A DNA stretch of 64,000 bases, taken from the NCBI RefSeq assembly GCF_009914755.1, contig NC_060925.1. One strand, given 5' to 3'. Numbering within the stretch: the stretch's first letter is position 1; each line of letters begins with the position of its first letter. Under the pieces are notes generated by a model that was not told the DNA's origin, ran no database searches, and worked only from the letters and a program-made list of their open reading frames with translations. The DNA is from the human T2T-CHM13v2.0 reference genome, Homo sapiens. Below, piece after piece: positions 14,854 to 28,086 of the stretch. The position numbers and the translations under genes were made by a program.

Positions 14854-16240
14854 TGAGAGGTGACAGCGTGCTGGCAGTCCTCACAGCCCTGGCTCGGTCT
14901 CGGCGCCTCCTCTGCCTGGGCTCCCACTTTGGCGGCACTTGAGGAGCCCTTCAGCCCACCGCTGCACTGTGGGAGCCCCTTTCTGGGCTGGCCAAGGCCG
15001 GAGCCGGCTCCCTCAGCTTGCAGGGAGGTATGGAGGGAGAGGCGCGAGCGGGAACTGGGGCTGCGCGCGGCGCTTGCGGGCCAGCTGGAGTTCCGGGTGG
15101 GTGTGGGCTTGGCGGGCCCCACACTCGGAGCAGCCGGCAGGCCCTGCCGGCCCCGGGCAATGAGGGACTTAGCACCAGGGCCAGCGGCTGCGGAAGGTGT
15201 ACTGGGTCCCCCAGCAGTGCCGGCCCACCGGCGCTGCACTCCATTTCTCGCCGTGTCTCGCCGCGCGGCAGGGCTCGGGACCTGCAGCCCGCCATGCCTG
15301 AGCCTCCCACCCGCTCCGTGGGCTCCTGTGCGGCCGAGCCTCTCCGACGAGCGCCACCCCCTGCTCCACGGCGCCCAGTCCCATTGACCACCCAAGGGCT
15401 GAGGAGTGCGGGCGCAAGGCGCGAGACTGGCAGGCAGCTCCACCTGCAGCCCTGGTGCAGGATCCACTGGGTGAAGCCAGCTGGGCTCCTGAGTCTGGTG
15501 GGGAGGTGGAGAACCTTTATGAGTAGCTCAGGGATTGTAAATACACCAATCAGCACCCTGTGTCTAGCTCAGGGTTTGTGAATGCACCAATCGACACTCT
15601 GTATCTAGCTACTCTGGTGGGGCCTTGGAGAACCTTTGTGTGGACACTCTGTATCTAGCTAATCTGGTGGGGACGTGGAGAACCTTTGTGTCTAGCTCAG
15701 GGATTGTAAATGCACCAATCAGCACCCTGTCAAAACAGACCACTCCCGTCTACCAATCAGCAGGATGTGGGTGGGGCCAGATAAGAGAATAAAAGCAGGC
15801 TGCCCTAGCCAGCAGTGGCAACCTGCTCGGGTCTCCTTCCACACCGTGGAAGCTTTGTTCTTTCGCTCTTTACAATAAATCTTGCTGCTGCTCACTCTTT
15901 GGGTCCACACTGTCTTTATGAGCTGTAACACTCACTGCAAAGGTCTGCAGCTTCACTCCTGAAGCCAGTGAGACCAGGAACCCACCAGGGAGGAGGAACA
16001 AAGAACTCCAGATGCCCCGTATTAAGAGCTGTAACACTCACCACGAAGGTCTGCAGTTTCACTCCTGAGGCAACAAGACCACGAACCCCACCAAAAGGAA
16101 GAAACTCTGAGAACACATCCGAACATCAGAAGGAACAAACTCCAGACATGCCGCCTTTAAGGACTGTAACACTCACCGCGAGGGTCTGCGGCTTCATTCT
16201 TGAAGGCAGTGAGACCAAGAACCCACCAATTCCAGACACA
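14854..16240 (+). mobile_element. Solo LTR12C (ERV9 LTR)
   Basis: Starts tgagaggtgacagcgtgctggc, ends ccaattccagacaca; 4-bp TSD ATAG; tandem CCAAT repeats; repeated ctgtaacactcac units. Confidence 0.93.
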
Positions 16241-16251
16241 ATAGCCTCCCA

Positions 16252-16540
16252 GGCTGGGTGCAGTGGCTCACAGTCTGTAATCCCAGCACTTTGGGAGGCC
16301 AAGGCAGGTGGATCAGCTGAGGTCTGGAGTTCAAGATCAGCCTGGCCAACATGATGAAACCCCATCTCTACTAAAAATACAAAAATTAGCCAGGCATGGT
16401 TGTGGGAGCCTGTACTCCCAGGTACTGGGGAGGCTGAGGCAGGAGAATCACTTGAATCCGAAAGGTGGAGGTTGCGGTGAGCTGAGATCACACCACTGCA
16501 CTCCAGCTTGGGCAACAGAGTGAAACTCTGTCTCAAAAAA
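16252..16540 (+). mobile_element. AluS
   Basis: Alu consensus. Confidence 0.93.
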
Positions 16541-17090
16541 TATATATATAATATAATATATACAGAGCATTATTAGAGAAAAATAATCACTATGTATTAC
16601 TACAAATATTGCAGAAGACATAACAATTCCGAACTTGTTTGTATCTTTTAGTATAGCCTCAAAAAATATAAAGAAAATGACTGAATTACTAAAATAAATT
16701 TATAAAATCACAGTCTTAGTGGGATATTTCAACATGCTTCTTTCAGTAATTGAGAGATCAAGCAGACAAAAAGAGAACCTCAATAAGAAAAAAAGAAAAC
16801 ATGACTACAGAACACACATTCTTCTGAAGCACCCACACAACTTTTATGAAAATTGACTACATGCTAGAGCAAAACAAGTCTGAACATATTTTGTAAAATT
16901 ATACAATAAATCCCCTGCTATCAAAACACAATGTAATTAAAAATCAGTAACAAAAGGATAACTAGAAAAAAGGTACATGTATGAAAGTTTAAAAATATAC
17001 TTCTAAGAAATATTCATGGGAAAATAAGAAATCATAATGAAAATTTGAAAAACTACACTTTGACCAATCAATAAAGAAAAGGAAACCTTA

Positions 17091-17486
<396 letters not shown>

Positions 17487-17642
17487 TTACAGTTAGAAAA
17501 GAGAAATCAACTGGTCAGATTTTTTAAATCCATATGTGCTATTTACATAAAAACAAATCTAAAGCAAAAGAATACAAAAGATTAACAGGAGAAGAAAGAA
17601 AAAATATATAACATGTAAATATAACCAAACAAAAGCTGGTTA

Positions 17643-17997
<355 letters not shown>

Positions 17998-18076
17998 TTA
18001 GTAACTCCAGCTGGTTACATATTATGTACATTTATAAGACAATATAAAACTTATTGGGTAGCTAAAATAGTACTTA

Positions 18077-18497
<421 letters not shown>

Positions 18498-18629
18498 CTA
18501 TTTAAAAAAAAGAAAAAGAAAGAAAGAGAGAGAGAGAGAAAGGAAGAAAGGAAGGAAGAAAGAAGAAAGAAAGAAAAGAAAAGAAAGAAAGTTAGTTCTC
18601 CCTATTCTTGGTTTTCTGAGATTTTTTTT

Positions 18630-19064
18630 TCCCCCAGCACAGCACAGCAGTTCTACAGAAAGGCCACCAGACTGCTTATTCATATGGACCTCTAGTCACC
18701 CCTGGCAGTGTTTTCCAGCCAGCAAAGGTTTCAAACCTCCCTGGATGGAGCTCAGAGAGGAAGGGATGAGCCACCATCTGTGCTGTTTGGCTGCTTTAGC
18801 CACTCTTGCCTTTGGGCTTTGAGGAGTCTGAGGCAACTGGGGGCTGGAGCGGACCTGCAGCATACCACAGCTGCTCTACAAAAACATGGCCAGACTGCTT
18901 TTTTAAGCAGGTCTCTGATCCTATTCCTCCTTGCTGGGCAGGAGGTTAATAAGCTGGTCTGCAGCTACCTCTGCCATTGTTTTCCAGCAAGCAGCAGTTC
19001 CAAACCTCCTTCAACCTGCCCAGGTCATTGTGCACAAGGGGTCGAAGGATGGAGCTGTCAGAGG
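18630..19064 (+). mobile_element. Old L1 5'UTR-like repeated fragment
   Basis: Two related units (ccagactgctt...tttccagc...caaacctcc...ggatggagct). Confidence 0.5.
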
Positions 19065-19214
19065 TGTGGAGTCCTAATAGGAAAAAGGAGTCAGGCTGGT
19101 GGGACCAGGGAAAAGCAAAAAGAGAAAGCAGATCAGCTATAAGTGGGCCTTTCTTCATGATCCAGGACTCATAGCACTCATGTACAAATAACTCACAATC
19201 TTCCTGTGCCCAAC

Positions 19215-19674
19215 TGATAGAGGATTTTGCTCCTTAACTCAGCTAAATCCAGGTTCTTGTGTTACAACCAGGAAACATTAGGCATATGGATGCATTGAAG
19301 GATGAGGAGGGTGAAATTTATTGAGCAAAAGAGGGGTCCCCTCTCAGCAAATAGAGGGGTCCTGCAAACAGGTTTCCACCTCACAATTGAATACCAGGGC
19401 TCCCACATATGCACTGAAGAGTCAGGCTCCTTCCCTTGCATAAGGTATGAATTCCTGGTGGCTCCACCCCGACCTTTCGGTGTGCATGGGGGCCCTTAGT
19501 CTGAGCCACTCCACATTGATTTATTTCCCTTACTGTGCATGTGTTAAGGGATGGAATTTTTCACCGTGCACATGTTTAGGCAAGCCCCTGTGCACAATGA
19601 CCTGGGCGGGTTGGAAGTTCTCCAAGGACACTTCCCTATCTGCCTAGGCATTTGGCTGGCCGTTGCCTCTATCA
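19215..19674 (-). mobile_element. Solo ERV1 LTR (MER61-like) nested in the proviral 5' LTR
   Basis: Inverted termini tgatagagg...cctctatca, 4-bp TSD CAAC; the outer LTR resumes seamlessly after it. Confidence 0.8.
19568..19587. promoter_or_regulatory. p53 consensus element within nested LTR
   Basis: GCACATGTTT AGGCAAGCCC: 19/20 match to RRRCWWGYYY x2, zero spacer. Confidence 0.6.
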
Positions 19675-21449
19675 CAACTATCACCAGACCCTCAGCTGAT
19701 AGAAATTGGAAGTTAGCTCACTGCAACCTTGGCATTGTCGGTACTGCTGTGCCGATGTAACCATCCGTACACAGAAAAGAGCCATCCTATAAAATCCCCA
19801 GCAAGCCTTTGTTTCCTTGCAGTCAGCTCCTCTCTTGCTGACTCTGCCAGTTGCTCTTTTGCAACATATTCATACTTTCTCTAATAAATCTGCCTATCTT
19901 TACCTACAACTATCTTGGTAAATTATTTTACCGTCCACACATTACCAGCCCCAGAGAGTTGCTGCTCACCTGTGACATTTTAGTTGCCCGTAGGGGAACT
20001 CTCTCTCCTTATGGGGAACTCTCTCACCTCTCTCTTTCTCTTTCCCAACTGGGGACCCTTGGTGGACAGCATCTAAGCATAAAAACAACTATAGGTCTCT
20101 GGCTGGAGCTACACTTAGGTGGAACTAAACGGTGTCCATGTGGAACTGTCTTACGGCTACCACCCATTTGGGTGAGAGGCCTAAGTTTATGTTATCTTTT
20201 CAGTCTCCCAGCAGCTGGCTTCTAGTATCCCTCTGGCAATTGACAGCAACTAGCCCAGGCCACTCTCCAGTGTTACCTGAAGGCCAGAGGGTGAATGGGG
20301 CTGGCCACCTTGCCCAGAAGGGAAGAAGGCTCTCTCCTGTATTTTCTGGTTGGAAGTCCCTAATCCCTATGCATGCAACTGGCCATGGATGCTCATTCAG
20401 AGCAAATTCACACACGTTTTGGGTGACTCAGACCCTCTCTTTCTTACTCTAAATTCTCCTGTGGAGTCAGCCAGGCATCCTGTCCCAGATGTTGCTAAAT
20501 CAGGTGATCTCAGACAGCCTCGGAACAATGAGTCTTCCCCTACCCGCCCCCTCCGCTGGGCTAGCACAGGCAGAGCTCTCCCTTCACCTGTTTTCCTTGT
20601 ACCTGGATTGGCCTTATGCGGGATGGCCAATGCAGGTACAAGGAAGCAGCCAAGTGGTCTTTTCTAATAGGTGGGACCCCCCTTTAGAAAGTGCACCCCC
20701 AAGTCCCTCAGCAGACACAGTGGAACCCTTTTTCATCTTGGAGGGACACCTCGAGAGAAAGTGTGGTTCATGCTCCAAAAAGAGTCCCGCCCCCAAGCAC
20801 ATGGTTCCCAGGCCCACCATGGGACAAACCCCGTCTGTTCCTTCAGACTCACCTCTAGGCTGCATCCTAAAGTATTGGGGCAAATTCAACCCCCAAACTC
20901 TCAAAAAAGAAACATCTGGGTTTTCTTGTGTAATACAGCATGGCCGCTATGCAGGAAATCCTCAAATTAACCTCCTCAGTCTTTTATAATTGAGAGCAGA
21001 ATAAGGATAACAGGACTAAAAAGAGAAAGAAAAATGCAGAGACAGGAGGCAGACTCAACTGTTGGCTGCTTCACAAGCCCTCAGCTCCCTCCAGGTTTCC
21101 TTAAAAGCACTCGTCCAAGTAATTGCCATCAGTGCAGAAGGCCAGGCCGATAAAAGACAAAGTGCCCCGATAAAATAAATGGGAAAAAGCCCTGTATGGC
21201 TTAGCACCTCTGCCACAAGCTCAGCCAGTGGAAACAGGACTGCCCTGGAAACCAAAGGGCCCCTGGGAAGGAATCCTAACCCCTGATGGCCGTGAGCTAA
21301 AGGGGCTCTCTTCTCCAGCTGAAAAGATCTCACCTTAACTGGTGAGTTGTGAAAGGGGATGAATTTGTCCCAAACCGTGTAGGTCTGGGGTGCTAAGGCT
21401 CTCCCTAATGGGAAATAAACAAGGGTGGTAGGGTGCTGCCACCACTCCG

Positions 21450-21747
21450 TGCAGTGGCTAGAAGGCTCACGCCTGTAATCCCAACATTTTGGGAGGCCAA
21501 GGCGGGCAGATCACTTGAGATCAGGAATTTAAGACCAGCCTGGCCAACATGGCGAAACCCTGTCTCTACTAAAAATACAAAAATTAGCCAGGCGACTAAT
21601 TTTTGGTGACGGGCACCTGTAATCCCAGCTACTTGGGAGGCTGAGGCAGGAGAATCACTTGAACCCAGGAGGTTGGAGGTTGCGGTGAGCTGAGATCAGG
21701 CCACTGTACTCCAGCCTGGGTGACAAAGTGAGAATCCATCTAAAAAA
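21450..21747 (+). mobile_element. AluS
   Basis: Alu consensus with an (AT/ATAG) tail. Confidence 0.93.
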
Positions 21748-21779
21748 TATATATAGATATATAGATATAGATATATACC

Positions 21780-22715
21780 TCAATAAAATTGTTTAAAATT
21801 TTTTTAAAGACATACAAATGGCCAAGAAGTATATGAAAAAATGTTCAGCATCACTAATCATCAGGAAAATGCAAATCAAAACCATAATGAGATATCTCAT
21901 CTCAGTTAAAATAGGGTATCAATAAAATATCTATTATCAAAAAGACAGAAAATAACAGATGCTGGCAAGGATGTGCAGAAGAGAGAACACTAGTCTATTC
22001 TTGGTGGGAATGTAAATTAGTACAGTCACAATGGAGAACAGTATGGCGGTTTCTCAATAAAGTGAAAATAGATCTGTCATACGATTCAGCAATCCCACTG
22101 CTGGTAATATATCAAAAGGAAAGAAAATCAGTATATCAAAGGGATATTTACATCCTCATGTTTATTACAGCACTATTTATAATAGTCGAGATATGGAATC
22201 AGCCTAAGTGTCCATTAATGGATGAATGAATAAAGGAAATGCAGTATATATACACAATGGGATACTAGTCATTCACAAAAAAAGAATGAAATCCTTTCAC
22301 TTGCAGCACGATACAGAAATACAAACATCAAATGTTCTCACTCATATATGGGAGATAAAAAAGTAAATCTCATAAAGGCAGAGAGTAGGATGGTGATTCC
22401 CACAGGCTGGGAAGGGTAGAGGACGGGGGAGGATAAAGAGAAGTTGGTTAATAGGTACAAAAATACAGTTAAACAGAAGGAACAAATTCCAGTGTTCCAT
22501 AACACAGCAAGGGACCTTTAGTTAAAAGAACGTATAGCAAATTTCAGAACAGCTAGAAAAAAAGATATGGAATGTTCCCAACACAAAGAAATGGTAAATG
22601 TTTGAGGTGATGGATACCCAATTACCCTGATTTGATCATTACATATGGTATGCTTGTATCAAAATATCACACGTACCCCATAAATATGTACCGCTATTAT
22701 GCATCAATAAAAAAT
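21780..22715 (+). mobile_element. L1MA-like 3' fragment
   Basis: aaatgttcagcatcactaatcatcagg...gcaatcccactgctgg...acgtaccccataaatatgta...aataaa. Confidence 0.85.
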
Positions 22716-22717
22716 CA

Positions 22718-23387
22718 TGTTGCACATGAAAAAAATAGAAGAGATTAGCTGAGAGTCTAGCACCTTTTAAACATCTGAATAGGAAATATTTGCCATCTAT
22801 TGCCTCTAAGGGTGGCCGCCTATGAGACTTCATCTACATAATAAGAACTTTAGTCTCCACAATCCTTTATCTTAACCCAGACCCTCCTTTCTATTGATTC
22901 TGGGTCTTCAGGTAATAATTTAACTCTTTCAATCAATTGCCAATCAGAAATTATTTTAATTCACCTATGACGTGTAAGTCTTCACTTTGAGATGTCCCAT
23001 CTTTCCAGACCAAATCAATGTATACCTTAATGTGTTGATGTTTGCCTGTAACTTCTGTCACCCTAGAATGTATAAAATCAAGCTATAACCCAACCACCTT
23101 GGTCACATGGTCTCAGGACCTCCTGAGGCTGTGTCATGGGTCATGGTCTTCACATGTGGCTCAGAATAAATCTCTTTAAATATTTTATAAGCCAGGCATG
23201 GTGGCTCATGCCTGTAATCCCAGCACTTTGGGAGGCTGAGGTGGAAGGATTGCTTGAGCCCAAGAGTTCAAGACTAGCCTGGACAACACAGTGAGACCTC
23301 ATCTCTTTTTAAAAATAATAATAATTAAAAATAAAATACAAAAAATATATACATATATGTTACAGAGGTTGGCTTTTTCATAAACAA
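22718..23387 (+). mobile_element. MER4-group LTR interrupted by an Alu monomer
   Basis: aaccaccttggtcacatggtctcaggacctcctgaggctgtgtc...ggctcagaataaatctct signature. Confidence 0.7.
23190..23335 (+). mobile_element. FLAM/Alu left monomer
   Basis: Single monomer plus A tail. Confidence 0.85.
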
Positions 23388-23479
23388 AAATATGGCATTT
23401 GCAACAATGTCAATAAATTGTACAATTAAGTATACACTTGGTGAAAATGATAACATGTTATTTAAAGACATTTAAAAAA

Positions 23480-23797
<318 letters not shown>

Positions 23798-23799
23798 TT

Positions 23800-24860
23800 A
23801 ATTTTCAATCCTTAAAAGAGTGCAAAAACAAGCCACAAACTAGATGACATTTGCAACATATATAAGGACAAGAGCAAAAATCTTGACCAGAAACTTCACA
23901 GAAAGAGAAACTTATGGCCAATAAACATATGAAAAAGTGCTTGGCCGGGCACAGTGGCTCACGCCTGTAATCCCAGCACTTTGGGAGGCCAAGGAGGGCG
24001 GATCATGAGGTCAGGAGGTTGAGACCGTGCTGGCTAAGACGGTGAAACCCCGTCTATACTTAAAAAAAAAAAAAAAAGAAAAAGAAAAGAAAAGATGCTC
24101 AGAATCATCAGTAATCCTGGAAATACAAATTTTAAAAATCAGTTAACATTTCATACTGGGCACCAAAAAAACTTAGCCCAACAAAAAATAAGGATGTGGA
24201 ATAAATGGAACATGCAAAGCTGTTATGAGTACAAATTAGTACAATAACCTTGAAAAACAAGGTGGCATTTTCTAGTAAAAATGAAAGTGAGTACTCTACA
24301 CACCAGCAATTCCACTCATAGGTGCAAACCTCCAGCAACTCTGGTACGTATCCTAGGAGATATCTACAGGAATGGTCACAGAAGCACTGTTTGTAATGGG
24401 GAAAATAGAAATAATCCAAAATGATAATTAGCAATAGTCAGGATAAATAATGTTATAGTCATATGATGAACTCTTACATAGCAGTGAAAACTAGCAAACT
24501 AGAGCAACTTGGATAAATCTCAAACATAACGTTGAGTGAAAAACAGCCAGTAACAGAAGAATGCACATGGCATTATTCCATTTACATAAAACTCACAATA
24601 ATGTAAACCCATATATCATTTAGAGATGAAAATACATGTAGTAAAAATTATTAAGAAAGGAAATGACAAATAGTATTACCAGACAGCGGTCCCACTGAGA
24701 GGGAAGAAAATGGGATGGGGAAGACAAGTTAGGGAATTAGAAGGTGATGGTAATGTTCACTTGTTATACTGGGTGGATTTTGTGTCATTGTTCTTATATC
24801 TTAGATTTAGTCTATAAACAGTTTTATGTATTCCCAATATCTAATTAAAACATTTAAGAG
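23800..24860 (+). mobile_element. L1ME-like degenerate fragment
   Basis: ccagcaattccactc..., ggataaatctcaaacataacgttgagtgaaaaa. Confidence 0.65.
23943..24093 (+). mobile_element. Alu left monomer
   Basis: Left arm followed by an A tract. Confidence 0.85.
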
Positions 24861-25047
24861 AAAAAGATAAGGAAGAAATGGTCAAAGAATGTCATGAGAC
24901 AGGCACTAATGAGCTGGCCTGGAATCAGGAGAACTCAGCTCTGCTCGCAGCTCCCTCTTAACTTACAGTCTGACCTGGGTAGAGGCAATGGCTTCCCTGT
25001 AGCTCCCTCTTGTCACTTGTCCAGTGGGGTTAATCATATATACTACA

Positions 25048-25352
25048 CAGGCTGAGCACAGCGGCTCACATGGCTCACACCTTAATCCCAGCACTTTGGG
25101 AGGCCAAGTGGGGAGGATCACTTGAGGTCAGGAATTCAAGCCCAGCTTGAGCAAAACAGCAAGACCTCATCTCTACAAAAAATAAATTAGCCAGACATGT
25201 TGGTGTACACCTGTAGTCCTAGATACTCGGGAGGCTGAGGTGAGAGGATCACTTGAGCCCAGGAGTTGGAGGCTGCAGTGAGCTATGATAGTGTCACTGC
25301 ACTCTATCCTGGGCAACAGAGAGAGACAGTCTCTAAAAAATTAAAATAAAAT
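25048..25352 (+). mobile_element. AluJ-like
   Basis: Alu consensus, TSD-like atatatactaca/atacatactaca. Confidence 0.9.
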
Positions 25353-27873
25353 AATACATACTACACACAAATCTTCTAAGATGACAAGAGGCAATGGCTA
25401 TGATAGGTGCCTCACAAAAATGAAGCTGCTATAAAAATGTGGTCCTATACAAAGGTGGTGGCATTATTCTTGACAATTTCCTTTTTGCTTGGCAAAAAAC
25501 AGAGAGCTACTTCCTGTGACTCAGTCCTAAACCCCCTAACTGGGGCCTGCCCCAGTTTACAGAGATGGTCTGTGGTGCTGCTGTTGCAGCTTCACCAATG
25601 TTAGGGTGATTAGATTGTAGGATTAATGTCAGTAATGGGAGGACCTCAACTGAAGGAAGTGGAGAGACTAGAGCCACTCCCACTGCTCAACCTTCAGAGA
25701 AGCAAAGTGACCTCTCATGAAGCCCTCAGCTCACATCCTAACTTTTCCCCATCCTGTAAGCCCACACCATACTCAACAGTGAGCTGAAAGGATTCAATTC
25801 CAACTTTAAATTGGTCGGAGCAATAAAACGTCCAGTCTATGCACCTCTCCACACCCAATTCCACCATTTGACTGCTGCACCTACCATATTCCATTGTAAA
25901 TGCTGCTTCCCTCCCCTATCCTGCGAGAAAAAAAAAAAAAACCTAAAAAATTATACCCCTAAAGATTTGCTGTTTGTTTTGTTTTTTGTTTTATTCTTGA
26001 AATTCATGTTCCCTTTCCCCTCCACCACTGTGGAGAAGCAGAAACGAAAGGACACGCCTGTTTACTGAGCAGATGGACTGTGCACCTGTGTTGATTCTCC
26101 TGCACCGGTGGCCTGCCCACCCACCAGAGCTCCCCAGGAACGCCCGGCAGACGGCCTTGCCTGAGCATCCCCTCCCCGCAGCAGCGGGCTTCCTGTCACT
26201 GAAACTCCTCTTCCCTCTCCTCAGGGAGCATTGATTTGTACGAAGGTCTTCTAGCCCTGCAGGTTGGGGAGGGGAGGCGCAGGGTTCCGATTCCATTTGT
26301 CTTTACAAAGGGACCGCCTTTCCCTCATGGACTTGCTTATTGTAGGTGTGTCAATTGTGAAGCTGAGTTGCTTAATTCTAGGGCTGATTGCCGGGAGCTA
26401 AAGGATCCCCCTACCCTGACATTCCCGGGGCGCCCTATTCTGTCTTCCTCTTCCTAAGGACTCCCCTGACTGCCAGGCCACAGCCCCACGGCGGGCCCCT
26501 GCCAGAGGCTCAAGAAAACCAACCCGACTGTCCCCGCAGCGCCCTGCTCTCTGTCCACAGGAGGGCGCTCGCTCCGAACCCCAAGTTGTCAGCCACTGGA
26601 AGGCAGGCGGAGAGGGACTGGAAGAAAGGGGGAGGAAAGGGGTGTAGGGCGGGAACCTAGAGGGGCGCGGGAGGGGTTAGGGAGCGCGTACTTTTCCAGA
26701 GGGAGCTGAATAGAGCCAAGGCTTGGGCACGGCTGTGCAGAGAGGGAATTCGGCCCCCGGTCTCTTGCAACCAACAGCGCGACTTCTCCCTGCAGGGCAG
26801 GGGAGGCAATAGAGAAGGAGGGCCTCCAAGAAGGTGCATCTCCCAGCTGTTTACCAATCCCCACCCAGTGGGGACAGAAGACAACTTAATTCCACAAAGT
26901 TGGACCCCCAAGGGAAGTGGGGAGGTGAGAGGGAAAGAAGGATGTGGTCTCCATCTAAAGTCAAGATCTCTTCCCCAGAAGCTAGAGGTAAACTTGCCCA
27001 GCTCGGACTAGGCCTAGAGAGGCTGAATGATGTGGCATCACCCGGAAACAGCGTTTACCCTCCTTATCCTCTTCCCTTCTGCCTGAAAACACTAATCCAG
27101 ATGATGGACAATGATTCAATTAGTCATCTTCTCTGATGGGGGCTGAGATCCAGGCTGGGATCCCGTGGAAGTGCCGGGTGAGTCATTACGCTGAGGCTGC
27201 AGGGATACCCCGCCCCATTACTGAACACCCCGTGGTTCACGTGTTGGTGCAGCTGCCAGCTCCTCAGACCACCGTTCCAACAAAAAGCCCTCACCCTGAA
27301 TGCAGGGACACACTCCAAGAGTGTGCCTCCCCCACTCCACCTGGGACCTGGGCAGCCGCAGTAGACTCAGTCACACAGCGTCCTCACTGGTGTAGGAAAC
27401 TCCCTGAGCCAAGCCTCAGGCATCTCAGATGTGCCCTATCTAACCCCTGCGCTGTGATGAGAAAGGGGACTTGCCCCACCCCAGGGCCCCTCTTGCCACA
27501 CCCAGAGCAAAACACATCTGGGAGCCTCTGGGACTATCTCTGCCTCACTTCCAGGCCCCCAAACCCCATCACATCCCGGCCCAGGGACCATTTCCATCTC
27601 CAAGCTCATCCCAGGACTCTCTCTACTGGAAACCACTTGAGCCTTTCCTTAGGATGGCGTTGCCAAGAGGGACATCTCTCCTCATTCACATAAAGGCACC
27701 TTATGTGCTAGAGGCAGCCTTGTCAGGGTGGGTCCTCTGGCCTGGCGAGTCAATGAGTCATTTTCAGAGGTTGACCGTGAGCAAATCTTCCAATGGCTGG
27801 TGTCCCACTAAGCCAAGGAGGAACAGAAATCATTCGGAAGCCAGGACGCAAGGGTAAATTTGACCAAAAAAAA

Positions 27874-27879
27874 TTTATT
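27874..27879 (-). terminator. S100A6 polyadenylation signal
   Basis: AATAAA on the minus strand ~70 nt after the stop, followed by a U-rich tract. Confidence 0.85.
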
Positions 27880-27951
27880 GTACAATTACCCACCACTGGA
27901 TTTGACTCAGAGAGGACCCCCAGAGGGTGTCTCCATCTTCCCTATTTATTT

Positions 27952-28086
27952 TCAGCCCTTGAGGGCTTCATTGTAGATCAAAGCCAAGGCCCCCAGGAAG
28001 GTGACATACTCCTGGAAGTTCACCTCCTGGTCCTTGTTCCGGTCCAAGTCTTCCATCAGCCTTGCAATTTCAGCATCCTGCAGCTT
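27952..28086 (-). CDS. S100A6: S100A6 (calcyclin) last coding exon, canonical EF-hand
   Basis: ttag acceptor; encodes [44 protein letters not shown] then TGA (27952-27954). Confidence 0.98.
   Translation of the reverse strand, partial: KLQDAEIARLMEDLDRNKDQEVNFQEYVTFLGALALIYNEALKG

Larger units (their letters stand above)
19065..21330 (+). mobile_element. Truncated ERV1 provirus (MER4-group, MER84-like): 5' LTR 19065-19977, degenerate PBS, leader, deleted gag
   Basis: TG...CA LTR; PBS-like TAGTTGCCCGTAGGGGAA; Gag MA-like MGQTPSVPSDSPLGCILKYWGKFNPQTLKK; decayed zinc-knuckle sequence at ~21120-21245. Confidence 0.75.

Noticed and set aside
14778-15581. Several overlapping 175-229 aa ORFs on both strands
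   Set aside because: They lie in the GC-rich U3 of LTR12C, which is stop-poor by composition; no protein-family signal.
15530-16200. Regularly spaced direct repeats resembling an array
   Set aside because: Normal internal tandem units of LTR12, not CRISPR-like.
27136-27693. 185-aa ATG ORF downstream of and antisense to S100A6
   Set aside because: Pro-rich with no homology I recognise; plausible by chance. It would need Ribo-seq or conservation support.
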